Source: Vicugna vicugna (lineage: Eukaryota). From it: a stretch of DNA of 64,000 bases. Position 1 is the first letter of the stretch. Each line of letters starts with the position of its first letter. Shown here piece after piece: positions 50,250-64,000 of this stretch. The notes below the pieces were generated by a model. That model was not told the origin of the DNA. It made no database searches and saw only the letters and a list, made by a program, of their open reading frames with translations. The stretch lies in assembly GCA_013265495.1 (NCBI GenBank), contig MU058337.1, positions 4,816,716 to 4,880,715 on the forward strand, in the 5' to 3' direction. Made by a program: the position numbers and the translations under genes.

Positions 50250-52140
50250 TTTTTATAACCCACTTTTTAAACAATGTATCATAAACATCTTCACATGCTG
50301 TGGAATAGCCTAGAGTATGAATTTGATGGATAAACTGTTGTTCAGCATACAGGTTTTACATACTCTATTTAGCAAATCCCCTATTATTGGATGTCTAGGT
50401 CATTTACGAGTGACTTTTAAAAACTGCAAGGACCCATTTGAGTGACCCGTAGAGAAACCCCCTTTGAGTCGATCTTTAACAGCTCAGGTGGAGGAGAGGG
50501 AGTGGGTTTCCAGGCCATTGCCATCCACCATCTGTATGACTTACTGTCTCTATGACTCCAGGGAAGTTACTGCACATCTTTGGGATGCTTTTCTTCCTTT
50601 ATATAATTAAGGTCTTGGGTTAGTTTACCTCTCAGTTTCTTTCAGCTCTGACACTTGAAAATTCTGCATAACTGAGAATAGTAAATGAAGAATAATTAAC
50701 TGCATAGCATGAGATTCTGATGGAAGCCCAGAAGCATGGAACTCAGGGCAAATGAGAATAAAGATTGTCCTCTTTGCAAAGCACCCCCCACTGGTGAACC
50801 CTGCTGTGCCCCCAACCCCTCACTGCTGTCTTTAGCAAGCAGGTGCCTCCACTAAGAAGCACCACTTTGAGAATTAGTTTCGCACTTTTAGAGAATCTGT
50901 GTGTCAAGAGAAGAATAAAATAAAGAAGCTATAAAAAGCAGAAGCTATAAGAAGCACCTAGCTTGTGTTAGGTGACACTGGGTGGCCCACTTACCACCCT
51001 GTGGCTCTCTGACCTCTAAATGACTCTACACATTGCCTTTTTTTTTTTTCAATTTCTTGGAAACCTATCCAGAAATTCAACTAATTATATACTAATTTCT
51101 GTTAATGTTTCTCATTGCTTGTAAACGTATGTCTTCTTTGATGAAGATTTTAAAGTTACATTCTCCTTTAATAAAATGTCAGATTGTAAAAAATGCTGTT
51201 TAGATAACAAAGGAGGTTTTCTCATCGGTTGCTTTCTAAATTACCTCCCGTCTACCTTTCCCCACGCCCACATCACGTACTCAGATATTCTGAGCACAGT
51301 TGAAATCACTTACTGGAGGATATGAATCTCTTAGAATAGTAAGATCTTGCCTTATGCACATTTTGGAAAAAGAAAAGAAGGTTTACGCAGCATGGACTGC
51401 AGCGTGGGCCCTCTCCAGTGGTTCATGCTGTTTCTGTAGGTCATTCTATGGAGTGGGTGTTACTCTGCATCACTTCTCCCCAAGGAAACAAAAGTGCAGA
51501 GAGAGCCAAGACCACACAGCAGAGCTGGTGTGCAAACTACGTTTTCCCAACTCCACAGTTTGTCTGTTGCCCCATGGTCACACCCAGTGAAATGAATAGT
51601 GCTCCATCTTCTCTCAGAAGTATCCTGGCTTGTGTAATGAGTAATGTGATCCTTCTTTTTATATTTCTCTTGAATCATTAAAATCTATATGCCCTTAGGT
51701 CAGGAGTCAATAGGAGCCCAAGAGATCACTTTAAAGAGAGAGTCCCCAGGGCCTTACAGTGCATTTTTACATCAAGAAGTCCTCTGAGAGTCTGTGGTGG
51801 TGTCTTCTTGTTGTCTTGACAGGAGCTAGAAGTCATGTGGTGCTCTCTCCTTCTAAGGATCTCATTGTTTCCTAGTCTTCAGTGCTCTTTTAATGTGGAT
51901 TTAGTTCTTTTGAGCCATGTAGTGCAACTGAATGAAATGGAGTGTAAAATGTTAATCCTGTTAAGAAAGCAAAGCAGTTTTCTAGGTATTTTAAAAGTAA
52001 GTTAGAAAGGTGGAAGTCTTGTAGAGGAGCCAGGATCTGTTCCCCTTGGGACCCACTCCTCTGCCACCCAAACATCAAAGTGTCTCAATTCCCTGACTAT
52101 GCAGCATAGTTCTGTTGCAATTATGTGATAGCTGGTAACG

Positions 52141-52296
52141 CAGTGGTTCTCAAAGTGTAGTCCCTGAAAGCAACCTCAGCGTCACTTGGGAGCTTCCTGG
52201 ACCCACCCAGACCCGCTGAATCAGAATCTCTAGAACTGGGTCCGCAGTCCATTTCAACAAGTGATTCAGAGGCACACTCAGGTCTGAGAACCACTG
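52141..52296 (+). mobile_element. MER5A (hAT-Charlie MITE)
   Basis: Perfect 12-bp TIRs cagtggttctca / tgagaaccactg; internal ctgaatcagaatctct; degenerate flanks ctggtaacg / ctgggacg. Confidence 0.9.
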
Positions 52297-52469
52297 CTGG
52301 GACGCCAAGCAACTGTCAGGTTAACTGTGAGTAAAATACTAAGGTCACACATGTAAAATGATTTCAATTAAATTTAGTAAGTAAGAAGGGGCATAGTTGC
52401 CATGTGATATGTGCAGCCAATTGAGAATTTCACATGTATTAACTAATCATCTTGAGAATTGTTTTCTTT

Positions 52470-52780
52470 ATTTTTAAACAACATTATTGTGGTATCATTT
52501 CTGTACAGCAAACTACACACATTTCAGGTATACACTTTGATGAATTTTGATAGATGTATGCACCTATGAAACCACCACACAATCAAGATACCTAACATTT
52601 CCATCGCTCCCTTAGAGGTGCAAATTTCGAGCTCCCAATTCATGTCTTCCCACTCCTTTTAACCCCTGGTAACCATGAGTCTGTTCTCTATGTCTGTGAA
52701 TCTGTTTCTGTTTTGTAAATAAGTTCATTTGTGTCTAAGGCTTTGTTTTTTTTAGATTCCACGTATAAGCGATATCACTT
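52470..52780 (-). mobile_element. Old L1M 3' end joined to a younger cetartiodactyl L1 3' UTR piece (about 52618-52778)
   Basis: gatgaattttgatagatgtatgcacctatgaaaccaccac; then ctggtaaccatgagtctgttctctatgtctgtgaatctgtttctgttttgtaaataagttcatttg. Confidence 0.8.
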
Positions 52781-52829
52781 GGAGCTAGGCTGTCTGATCA
52801 TTCCAAGTGAAAACAAAAGCAACCATCAT

Positions 52830-53210
52830 TCAGTTTATTTTTATTTAGGACCCACTGCCTAATGGGCACTTTTCTAGAAGCTGAGGATACAGTTGTGGGC
52901 AAAGAAAGGCCCTGCTCTCATGGAACAGTTTTTTTTTCCCTACTGGGGAAAGATAGGCAATAAATAATGATGAAAGACATCCACGTTGAGTAGTACACGG
53001 TGGTGGTGAGAGCAGCTATGAAGTGCTGCGAGGCTGATTAAAAGGATGGAGAGTGCTCTGGGCTGGGGAGCACCGCTGATTCAGCTCCCTGCATCACCCG
53101 TAGGTCAGAAGACTTTAAATGGAGAGACGGGGAAAGCCCTGCAGACACCTGGCAGAGGATAAGGGAACTGCAGATGCAAATCTCTGGGGGCCAGAATGTG
53201 CCAGGCATCA
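52830..53210 (-). mobile_element. L2 3' region
   Basis: ggcacttttctagaagctgaggatacagttgtgggcaaag...ccctgctctcatggaac. Confidence 0.65.
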
Positions 53211-53479
53211 GACAACACTCTCACTCCGCGGTTTATTAATAGGATCTGGTGGGTTCTGTTGGTTTGTATTTAGGAGGTAGAAGAAATTGTTCCATGTAAT
53301 AATTTTATAAACCGGCTTTCTTTTGGCCACTTATAAGTTTGGAAAGAAAAAGAGAGGAAACCTAAGAGAGGATCACCTGGAGCATCAGGGGAAACTTTTT
53401 CTACATTTTAAACCCCGTTCAAAACCCAAAGAAGCTGGCACTTTCTAATCCAGTTTTCAAAATCCCTTTCACACTTTGA

Positions 53480-53730
53480 GACATGGTTCAAATGCCAGCT
53501 CCTCCAAGCAGGATTCCCTGATTTCCCAACTAAAGAAGGTTTGCCCTTCTCTGTTCTGTGGCAAGTTCCTTTTATTTCTGTTTAGTAGTTTGTCCTGTGT
53601 TACAGTTATGTGTTGACCTGTCTGTTGTCTCTCATTAGATTGTGAGATATTTTAAAGTGAGACTTAAGTCATTTTCTATCATTCCAATTCTTATGACAAT
53701 GTGATACATGTAATTACTCGCTAAATTGAA
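53480..53730 (+). mobile_element. L2 3' end
   Basis: ttcaaatgccagctcctcc...ttccctga...cattagattgtgag. Confidence 0.6.
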
Positions 53731-54914
53731 TTCAATTAAGTTTTGGAAGTTGGCATGGTATATGTTATAAAACAAAAAATATGATTTAGCTCTTCCTTAC
53801 GCAGAATATTTGGCTTTCTGCCACGCTCCTGTTCCATCAAACAATAATTTTCTTTTTCCTAAACCACATTACAGTCATATTTCTGAATTTCTACTTTCTG
53901 AGAACTTTTTTCTTTCCCTTAAAATACGATAGTTTTTGGTATAGGGCCATTCTGTTCAGAGAAATTCCTCATATATCCATCTTATATCAAATAGCACAAC
54001 AGAAAGCACCAACATGTGAATGCATTTCTTTCAAAAGATGATGGAAAAACAAAGAGCTAAATGAAGCTTTCAATGAATTTTTAGAAAATTACCACCCTTC
54101 AGGTACTTTTATGACCATTTACATGTGAAAGTTGATAACAGACATTATGATCCTTACTTTAACTAGCAGATGTTCTTTTCAAATTGCTATAAGTATTTTT
54201 TATCTTGTGGTTAAGATACAGTACAAAGAATTTAAAGTAGAAAGATAGGTGTTTATAATGGCCTTGCAGTTTGATTAGCCATATACTAATGTATCATGCA
54301 TAATTATGTAACACAAGTCATGCTAGTGCTGTAATGGATCTTTTAATCATGGTGAGAATGTAATACAGAATGCATGGCATATTTCAAATAACTAGGAAAT
54401 TGACTAAGGGGGAAATACGATTTTCAACAAGGAGCATGAGATAGCATTGTAAATCCAGCAAAATGTGTTTATTAGTTCATTTTTAATTTCATCTGCTACT
54501 AATTTTACTTCCTGACATTCTTATAAACCTCAGGTTATTTCTCATTACACAATTTTATCATATTACTTGGGAAGTAAAATTAAAATTTCCCAATTTGTGA
54601 TTTATGGATGTAAGTAATGAGTGGCAAATGACTCAGTAACCTCTTGTGGCCAAAACCCATTTCTCTGGAAATTAGAGTAAAGATAAACACCATCATACAC
54701 AAAAGATTTTGTTATTTGTAAATCTAAAGAACAGAAGTCACCCAGCTCATTGACAGTAAGTCCCCTGTCTTGAGATTCTTCAAAGACATCTTAAAAGTTA
54801 AAATGAGGACTTTATCAAGACCTTTGCTGTAAAGCCTACTGTAGAACACAGATAATAGGTAAATATTGACATTAGTTAATTCATTCATTCACTTTTCCAT
54901 TCACTCATTAAAAG

Positions 54915-57400
54915 ATTTTTAATCATTCTTGAACATACAGGAAAATTGAAGGAACTATACAGTAGATACTGTAACCACTACCTAGATTCAACAATTACTG
55001 AAATATTCTTCTATTTTCTTTATCTCTTTCTTTGTACATACACACACTCACACAAACGTATACACACACTCACACACACATACACACACCTGCTGAACCG
55101 TTTGAGAGTGAGTTTCGGACATCATGACATATTCCTAAATCCATCACCATTGGTCTTCTTCAAGTAAAGCCTTATTCCCATGTGACCACAGTGCTATTCT
55201 CACTGGTAAGAAATGAAGTTATTCCTTAACATCATCTAATTTCAGCTTGTATTTATATTTCCCCAGCTACACAAAAGTATCTTTTATAGATTTTTTCCTC
55301 TTTTTACTTACTTTGCTGCCTTCTCCTTTTTTAAATTGAGCATTTTATGTGTTCCCATTTTCTCTCCTCTCTTTATCAATTATACTTCTTTTTTTTTTAA
55401 AATATTTGTGTTTGCCCAGGAGTTTGTGATGTACATTTACAATTAATGTAAATTCACTTTGTGGGTAGTGCAAGTAACTTAGAGTAGCCCCAGTCTCTCC
55501 CTCATTTTAATGTTGCTGTCACTCATTTTAATCCTGAAGCTGCAATAACCTGATACATTCTTGCTAATAATATTTTGAACAAACTTTTATCTATTAGATC
55601 AGTTTAGATACAGAAATAGCAAAGATTTTATTTTACCTTCACTTATTCCTTTTTCAACTCTCTTCCTTTATATAGATCTGAGTTTCTCACCTATGTTATT
55701 TTTCTTCTCTCTGAAGATCCTTTAACATGGCTCACAAGGCAGGTCTACTGGCAGCAAATTGCCTCCGTTTTTGTTTGTCTAAGAGGCTTATTTCTCCTTC
55801 ACTTTTGAAGCATAATTTTGCAGGATACAGATTTCTAGGTTGGTAGTTTTTGTTTTTGTTTTTGTCTTTACTTTCAACACTTTAATAGTTCACTACACTC
55901 TTCTTATTTGCATGGTTTCTAGAGAAACATCTGATACAATTGTTATCCTTGTTCCCCTCTAAGTAAGGTTTTTCTTACCCTCTTGCTTCTTTCAATATTT
56001 TCTCTTTTCTCTTTGGCTTTGATTGTCTTTAGTTTGAGTATGATATGCCTAAGTGTAGTTTTTTCTTTTTAGGCATTTATCCTGCTTGGTATTCTCTGAG
56101 ATTCCAGAATCTGTGGTTTTATGTCCATCATTAATTTTGGAAAACTACTTCAAATATTTCTTCTGTTACTTTCTCTTTTTCTTCTTTTGGCATTTCAAAA
56201 ATGTATATGTTACATCTTTTGTAACTGCCTCACAGTTCTTAAATATTCCATTCCACTTTTTTCATTCTTTTTTTTTTCTCTTTATTTTACAGTTTGGGAC
56301 TTTTCTGTTGACTTATTTTCAAGCTCACCGATTTTTTTCCTAGGCCATGTTCAGTTTGATTCTGAGCCCATCAAAGGCTTTCTTCATTTGTTCCAGTTTC
56401 TTTTTAAAATTTCTAACAATTTCCTTTTGATTCTTTCTTAAGAGTTTCCATATCTCTGCTTTCATTTCCTATCTGTGCTTGCATGTTGTCCAGTTTTTTC
56501 ATTAAAGTTCTTAACACATTAAGCAGTTATTTTCAATTCCTGGTCTGATAACTGCTGATTCTCTGTCATCTCTGAGTCTCAGTCTGATGCTTGCTTTGTC
56601 TTTTCAGACTGCCCTTTAGCATGCCTGTGACTTTTATTGAAAGCAGGCACGATGTGTCAGGTAGAAGGAGCTGAGGTAGATATCTCTTTAACATGAGGTT
56701 TTATGTTTATCTGCCTAGAATTTAGGCTGTGTTTATTGTTTGCTGTAGCTGTGGTGTCAGGGGATAAAATTTCTCCTACTCTTCTTGTTTTTGTCTCCCC
56801 TCATGTTATTGGACTTCTTAAGTAGATTGTGGTTCTTTCAGCTATAAACCCCTCTTTTTATATAGAAGCCCTGAAAGTTAATATGATGCTAAGTTGTGGA
56901 GGGAGGAGGAGCACTCCATGATCTTGTGTCTAGGACTTGGTGTTTAGTAAGCCTGTGCACCTGGCCTGTGACCTTTACTTCTCAACTCCCCTTCTGTAAG
57001 TGGCATGGGGAGGGTACAGTGGGCTGGATTTGAGTGCTTCTCTTTCTACACATGACTTATTATTTGGTAAAACCCAAATCAGTTTTACCAAATAGTTCGG
57101 TAAAATACTTTGCTTTGAGAGCAGTCATTGTTAAGGAGAACAGAAAGTTGTGGATCTGTTTCAGAATGGTTACATTTCCCCTCTCCATCGTTTGAAGTGC
57201 AAGGGGATTTTTTCATAAGAACTCGAGGAAGTGTGAAGTGTGCCCCCACCCCTCCCAGCATGTTTAACGTTTAAGCTAATCCACACTGAGCCTCCAGAAG
57301 TTCATCCATTACGGTTTAAGCTTCTACAACACTGGCTCCATCTGTGGGCTCCTGGCTCTGCATTTCTGCTCCTTATAAGACATGATTCTCTGTATCCACT
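54915..57400 (-). mobile_element. Old L1 (L1MC/L1MD-type) composite: 3' UTR piece plus about 2 kb of antisense ORF1/5' region
   Basis: aggcaggtctactggcagcaaatt...tttctccttcacttttgaag...gcaggatacagatttctaggttgg; T-rich antisense L1 composition; explains the F/L-rich ORFs at 56086 and 56121. Confidence 0.8.
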
Positions 57401-58172
57401 GGCCTTTTGTTCTCATGGTCACATCACCTGTGAAGTGGCAATCACTCTGAGAAGTCAAATGACTTTGAAGTGGACAGTAAACAGAGTTGTAAATACAGAA
57501 TTGGACATAGATATGAATGAACATTTAATTAAAACAGAAACTGGAATAAACATTTAAAGGAACTTTGATGGAACCTAAATTATTGTTGAAAACCATGCCC
57601 TTTCTTAGGTCAGCACCACTAAGCCCTGAATCAAGGAGCTAGCTCAGGGACAGCAAGTAGGAATCACCGAGTGTTCCTTGTTTGTGCTCTGAGCTTTGAC
57701 GTATGATTTTATGAGCACCACAGCAGTTGTGATTTTGAAAAGTTATTCTCAGATTAAAAGTAGACAAAAAATATTTGGAAGAAACTGTAAGGCAGAGCTT
57801 TCTTAAGGGATAATTTATTAATCTTATAATAAATCTGGCTTGTGTTCAGGATGAGTAATAGAACTTGGCAAGAATTATAGTTAGAAGTTCTCGGTGAAAT
57901 AACCAGAATGATGTCCAAAAGGATAAAAAATAATAGGTGCAGTGAGATATCTAATTAACACTTACAGGAGCCTCCATGCTAGAGAGCCCAGTTAAAGCTG
58001 ATAAATGTTGTCCTGAGGAACATTCTAAGGCTTGCTTACCTATTTACCAAGCAGTTTAAGACTGAAATATATTTATTAGTTAATTAAACATATTTATTAA
58101 TTTATTAAAAATCACTGAACCTATGAAAAATAAGCCAAATTGATATTTTGTAAACTTCAAATAAACAACTTT

Positions 58173-58282
58173 ATGTATGTGTATATATATGTGTGTGTGT
58201 GTGTGTGTGTTTATATATATATAATATTATATATTATATATATATAAATATATATAATATATATTTATATATATATATATAT
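58173..58282. repeat. Compound (TG)n/(TA)n microsatellite
   Basis: Directly visible. Confidence 0.95.
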
Positions 58283-58330
58283 AAAACCAGTTAATCACTC
58301 AGTATTTAACAAATGTGCCAGAATCAGTTT

Positions 58331-58353
58331 TGTGTGTGTGTGTGTGTGTGTGT
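58331..58353. repeat. (TG)11 microsatellite
   Basis: Directly visible. Confidence 0.95.
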
Positions 58354-59744
58354 ACACACAAATACATATGCATGTGTATATGGCATGGTATATGAAAGCT
58401 TTATTTATTAATGGAATAGCTATAGAATTTCATCAATCTGTTAATTACCCCTGTGAAATGGATTTAGGAAACAGTCACTGTGAAATTGATAATTATAGTC
58501 CAGTATTTATGAAGTAGAAGAAAATATGTTTTGATGTAGGAATCAAAGGTACATCACCCTTCTTTATAATCTACACAGAGTTCCTATAATCTTTCAGAAA
58601 AATGAAAACTAATGGATAATTGTTTTGTGGGCAGAAGATGAAGGTGGAAGATATAAAAATCCACTTGTTTGTTTTGTAAATTGGAGCTTTTAATGGTTAC
58701 AAATTAAAATTTTCAACTTTTTATACATTTCATACACTGAAATTTACAAATAACAGTATATTCCGGACAGGGCAGTAAATTAAGTTGATTATTTTAAAGC
58801 CTACTAACTCTGTTAAGCAGATACAGCTCCTTGGAGAAGTTTGTGTGAAGTGAAGTGATTACCTAAAGATTCTTTTTAAATCACTGTGGTATCAGAGGGA
58901 TCAGAGGGCCTGAGAAAACTGGTAAGAGTCATCTAAGAAGCGGTTCTCCCCCAGTCAGTAAAATTCAAGGTTTGCCTGACACTGCGGAGTCAGATTCAAC
59001 GTGATACATTCAGTTCTTTAATCAGCAATGAAGTTCTATCTCAGGGAATGAAGTCCGAAGGTAGAAGTTGTCTCTCTGCGGATAAAAAGCACTGATTTGG
59101 GTTAGGTTGAACTTACTGGAAAATGTCAGTTACTTTAGTGCTATCCATGGCGTGCGTTAGTTATCCTGTCTTCATTTCTTTTTGCTTAGCTAGTTTGACT
59201 GACCCGCCACTAGTTTGTGCCCCGGCTTACTGACTTCTCCATGTGCCTGCCTGACGGTGTTCATCACCCTAGGGCAAACTTCTGCTGATTTGATCACCAT
59301 TTGTTTCCATGTCTGCTGTGACTGCCTAAGACCCTGATACATCATCCATCTGTGCTAATGACTCCGGATCCTTCTCACCTTCCCAAATCTAAATTGCTGT
59401 ATGTTTTTCATCTAAATTTAAGTGTCTCTAAGAAATTTACTTATGGCTTCTTATTCAAGAAATACTGTTTCGTATGAATTTCATTTATGGTTCTAGAGTG
59501 GTACTGAAAATAAATCACAGCTGTTCACTGAACATATAACCAGTGTCCCAGGACCAGTTGCAGGCACTTGCATCCTGTCAGCAACCAAGATAAAATCCAT
59601 TCCTGTCCTCTAAGGCAGAGAGCTGATTACTTTACTAGTGACTCCGTCAATGTCTATGGTGAATTTGCCTTAAATATACTAATGGAAATAGATTTAAAGG
59701 CTTCTTAGATTTTTTTTTTAGAAAAATATATTAAGTACTGTATT

Positions 59745-60510
59745 CACCTTGGTCAATGCAGCAAATATTTATGACTATCCATGTGCAAAGCACTGTTCTA
59801 GGGGCTGAGAATAACTGAAGAAAATAGCAGATGAAACCATGCTCTCACGGAGCTGAGATTCTAGTAGAGGGAAAATGCAAATAATAAATAAAAAGATAAA
59901 TCTTTACAATTAAGCACTAAAAGTTGCAATGAAAAAACAGTTAAAGCAGGGAAGAGAGAATAGAGTGGTAAGTCAAAGACTTTAAATAGATGGTGGTCAG
60001 AAATAGAGTTTCCAATAGGTGATATGTGGCTAAATATCTGAAAGGAGCCAAGGAGCTCGGGATGTGGATATCTTGGGAAAAGGAGTTTCAGGAAGGGGCA
60101 GGCACCCTGAAGCAAGAGCCTGCTGGGTGTGTTTGAGGAACAGCAAGGAGACAGGTGGGCTGGGAGCAGAGTTGGGACTAGAAGACTGTCAGGAGAAGAG
60201 GTCACGGGGTAGTCAGGGCAAAAATGTGGAATCCTTACCCTGAGTGGGATGGGAAATTATTGGAGTATTTTTAAGAGAGGAATGACACTCTGCATTACGT
60301 TTTCAAAGGAAGAAAATAGTATGTGGAGGTCAGACTGTAGCCTGTAGGTGACAAGAGTGGAATTGAGGTCTGGAGTTAGGGATGCTTTATAATAATCTAA
60401 GCCAGAGGTGATAATGGCTTGGACTAAGGCTGTAGCAGCTAAAGTGGTGGGAAGTGATTAAGTCCTAAATATGGTATGAAGGTAGAGCTGACAGAATTTC
60501 CTAACAGATT
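59745..60510 (-). mobile_element. L2a-like 3' region
   Basis: cagcaaatatttatgactatccatgtgcaaagcactgttctaggggctgag...gtgtgtttgaggaacagcaaggag...gaaggtagagctgacagaatttcctaacagattg. Confidence 0.9.
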
Positions 60511-62289
60511 GCAGTCAGGGGCCGGGAAAGGGAATTAATTTCTTAACCTTGAAATTGGAATTTTCTCTGCCTTGTCTGCCTTCTGTGTGCACATAGCTCA
60601 GTCATTAAGCATCATGGCTGCAACCCTGGGCTTGGGGAGGAGTTGAGCGTCTTCTGAATCCTTGCAGACTTGGCAGGAATGCTGAAAGTGGCAGCACCTC
60701 ATACGTAGCTATTTTGACAGAACTGGAGGAAACGGGAGCCTGGCAAACCATTTTATTCTCTTAAGTATTTAAGCTGCATCGAAGTCCCCATGCTCACTCA
60801 GCTCATATTTTGAGTAATTTTTGATTATGAGCTGAATAGTAATGACGAGCATTCTGCAGGATGTCATCTGGAGGATGGCTCCGCAAGAAGAGCCAGAGAT
60901 AAAGATGAAAAACACGGATTTTCAGGTTTCATTATCTGAACCATGGATTTTTTTTTTCTCAACAAAGAAGAAGCTTATTTCCCTGGTAGATGTTCTCTCG
61001 CCATGAAGGACAGCACTAATGCATTAGCAATATGTCATCTATGATTAATGCTGATGATTCAGTGAAACTCAGCAAGACACTGAAATAATAGGATTTTTCT
61101 GCATTTTAGAAATGCAGTCATCTTAACACATGGTCCATGGGATATTTTTATGAGTGTGTTAATTTTTTTTTTATTTCTAGAAGTTATTTAACATGAGAAT
61201 GAGTTCTATGAAAAAAAATAAAATATGCACATAAATGTAACTTTTCTTTTTCTAAACAGAAATCACATACATACATGGGAATTTGATCAATTTACTTAAC
61301 TAGGCTAGCTTAAAAATTGTTATTGTTTTAGGAACTCCCTCCATACCTTAAGCATCCATTCAAGAGAACAGAAGTAACCCGATGGCCTGCTTATATAGTA
61401 ACTAGAACAACTCTTTTCTAAAGCAAATTTCTGAGATAATTGTATTGTTGTGCTGAAAACCTTATATTTGTGATCAACTCCTATACACTCGTGACCAACA
61501 AAATGGCTTATTGATGCAGTTATTTTTTAATTCACTTTTAAGTATGTCTTTCCTAATCTATAAAATCAGAATTTTATAGAAATTTGTATTTTAAAGAATA
61601 CTTTTGTGCTTTTCTTGTTACAGATTATCCAGATTCTATGTTGCTTTCTTAAATTTTTGTGACCATGTGTTCAGTGCAGTTTAGTTGTCATTGTCTTTTT
61701 TTCCAGCTCATATATGCATGTGTGCATGGGGAATACGGATCCTGATTGCCTGTATAGGCGGCCTTCCACGAGAGCGCTACATTTTATAGGAACTGGTGAT
61801 TCTGATAGACTTAAAATATAATGTTGATTAGCGTTAGTTAAATAGTAATGAAATAATGTAGAATGGGATGGACCCCTTCTTCTTCAAATATTCTTAAAAC
61901 TTGCAGTTAGAAATGAGTTTTAGTAAAATCCATTTTATTCATCTTTATCTGAATGACTTTTAAAGAATAGTAATTCCATGGGATTTCCCCCATCTCCTGG
62001 AAGAGAGTGGAAATTATGAACTAGATAGATTTTTTAAAGTTTTTATTTTAACTTACTTTATCTATATTTTTCAATGTTCATGGTGAATAGATTGAATTCA
62101 GCTTGATTCCTAGAAAATTTGTGACTCCTTAAGTGGTTTCTAGACGCAATTATTTTTCCCGCGTGTTACATGTGAAATATTCATGGGGAAGACACAAAGC
62201 TGAGAAGCATCATAATGCCAGGCTTGGGATTTATCTACCGCCTTTTGTGAAATCAACACAAAAGGCAGTCGTACTTCTGCGGGCCTGTT

Positions 62290-62465
62290 ATTTTACACTC
62301 ATTATCTCATTTAATTCCCACAACAGTACCATGAGGAGGCTGTATTATCTCCATTATATGGATGGATAGTCAGGCTAAAAGAGAAGCCAAGTAATTTATC
62401 TGAGTTCACAGGAATAAGAAGTGGCAATAATAGGTGAATTTAGATGTCTCCAGCTTTAAAGCGTA
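62290..62465 (-). mobile_element. MIR SINE
   Basis: attatctcatttaattcccacaaca...tattatctccattatatggatg. Confidence 0.75.
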
Positions 62466-63629
62466 GATAACCACCTGTGACCGAGCAGTGAATCCAGATT
62501 CCCCGCAAATGCCTCCACCTGGGGGCCCCCTGCCATCAAGCTCGCTCCTTACAGAGAACCCAGCTGGAGAGGCCTTCCCACGCGGACCTGGGACAGGTGC
62601 ACTATAGAAGAGCTCAGTCTTTATCCAAAACACGTCTTTGTCTTATTTTTCAGGTGGCTGATGTCTGCCCAGAAATGGCGCAGCACAGCTCTGGGTTTGA
62701 GTCTTTTGACTCATTTGTCCTGTTAGTGCTGCTGCCTCAGGGCCACCTGCAGACAGCATGAGGGTCAGCTCCTTGGATCATAGAGATAATATATTCCAAC
62801 CACAAAGAAATTGAAGGGCAGGGAAACGATAAACCGCCCCCCCCAAAAGTGTGGTTAACTGGTCCTGCTATTTCTACTTTACTGGGTGGAGTCAAGGCTA
62901 ATAATCAAAGACATGAAAATATTTTCTTACTCTTTTTTTGGTTTGAATTCCCTACTGATTGTATTATCTCATTCCTCCTAAGAGCCATATTTACTTTTAA
63001 GTATTTAAAATTAGTTTTCAATTAGTATTTGAGAACCGGCCAAAAACGTGAATTACAATGACACAGGATTAAAACTATTTCAATTGTAAAACAATATTCC
63101 CAAGACAGCTCAATATTTAGTGGAATCCTTTACAACTTTGGTATAAAGATGAAGAACTAACCCTTGTGCATAGGTTAATTCTTTTATCAGGAATGCTGAA
63201 TGATGGTGCTGGTTCGCAGGGATTTAGGAATACAAATAATTTGGGTGATAAGCAGCTGCAGAAAAGTTTGTCTACATTCTAACACGTTAGTCCTGAGAGG
63301 CTCTTTATCAACTCTTTTATGTGTAAGTCCAAAGAGACTCTATACAACAACCACGCATATCCACTGCTGGCAGTCCTCACGTGACGTACTTCCACGTGGG
63401 CATCTGGGTTGATTGTATCCATAATTTTTAGGTGGGAAGTTCATGCAGAGAGGAGGTGCTACAGAGCATTATTGCAGCTGAGCAGGTATATCACTGCGTA
63501 GTAATAATGGTTTGTACAGGGAAACAATCTTTCTGATTTTTCCATCAGTCTGCTAAAAGATTGACTTGGGTAAAATAACGTAATAGAGCCTTCTGAAGAT
63601 TTAGCCAAGGTAGGATTAATTGTTTATAT

Positions 63630-64000
63630 AGTTAGTTAGTTCGTTCGCTAATTGAAGTATAGTCAGTTTACAATGTTGTGTTAATTTCTGGTGTACAGAT
63701 TAGTGATTCAGTTATATATATATTCCTTTTCATATTCTTTTTCATTATAGACTGTTATAAGATATTGAATACAGTTTCCTGTGCTATCCAGTAGGATTGT
63801 GTTGTTTTGTCTATTTTATATATAGTAGTTAGTATCTGCAGATCCTGAACTCCCAATTTATCCCTCCATCCCCTCAACCTCCTGGTAACCATAAGTTTGT
63901 TCTCTATGTCTGTGAGCCTGTTTCTGTTTTATAAATAAGTTCATATGTCATTTTTTAAGTTTCCACACATAAGTGATGTCACATGATATTTTTCTCTTTC
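63630..64000 (-). mobile_element. Cetartiodactyl/camelid L1 3' end, running off the window
   Basis: aattgaagtatagtcagtttacaatgttgtgttaatttctggtgtacag...ggtaaccataagtttgttctctatgtctgtgag. Confidence 0.9.

Noticed and set aside
1..64000. ORFs in the supplied track as protein-coding genes
   Set aside because: All are 148 aa or shorter, many start at non-ATG codons, none resembles a protein I recognise, and many fall within L1/L2/MLT/MER repeats or microsatellites

Overview
Mammalian, AT-rich, non-coding (intergenic or intronic) genomic DNA. It is most likely camelid, based on one Vic-1-like tRNA-derived SINE and camelid/cetartiodactyl-type L1 3' ends. I recognise no intact protein-coding gene, RNA gene or CRISPR array, and the ORF track is essentially chance or repeat-derived ORFs. 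The window is a mosaic of old interspersed repeats (L2, MIR, L1M, MLT1, and hAT elements MER5A/MER58A/MER96B/Charlie/Zaphod), a few younger L1 3' ends and microsatellites. The best leads are: (i) a decayed hAT transposase core at 14.5-15.5 kb, 6 kb from an internally deleted Zaphod; (ii) a minus-strand exon-like unit split by a TSD-flanked L1, one of several minus-strand exon-like units that may form a lncRNA or dead gene; (iii) an L1 with a probable short 3' transduction; (iv) a small orphan CpG island with IRF/PRDM1, G4 and CCAAT motifs; (v) several motif clusters (CTCF/YY1, ARE/AP-1, E-boxes). I found no convincing novel biological system. Repeat family names come from recalled consensus sequences, boundaries are approximate, and all need Dfam/RepeatMasker confirmation.
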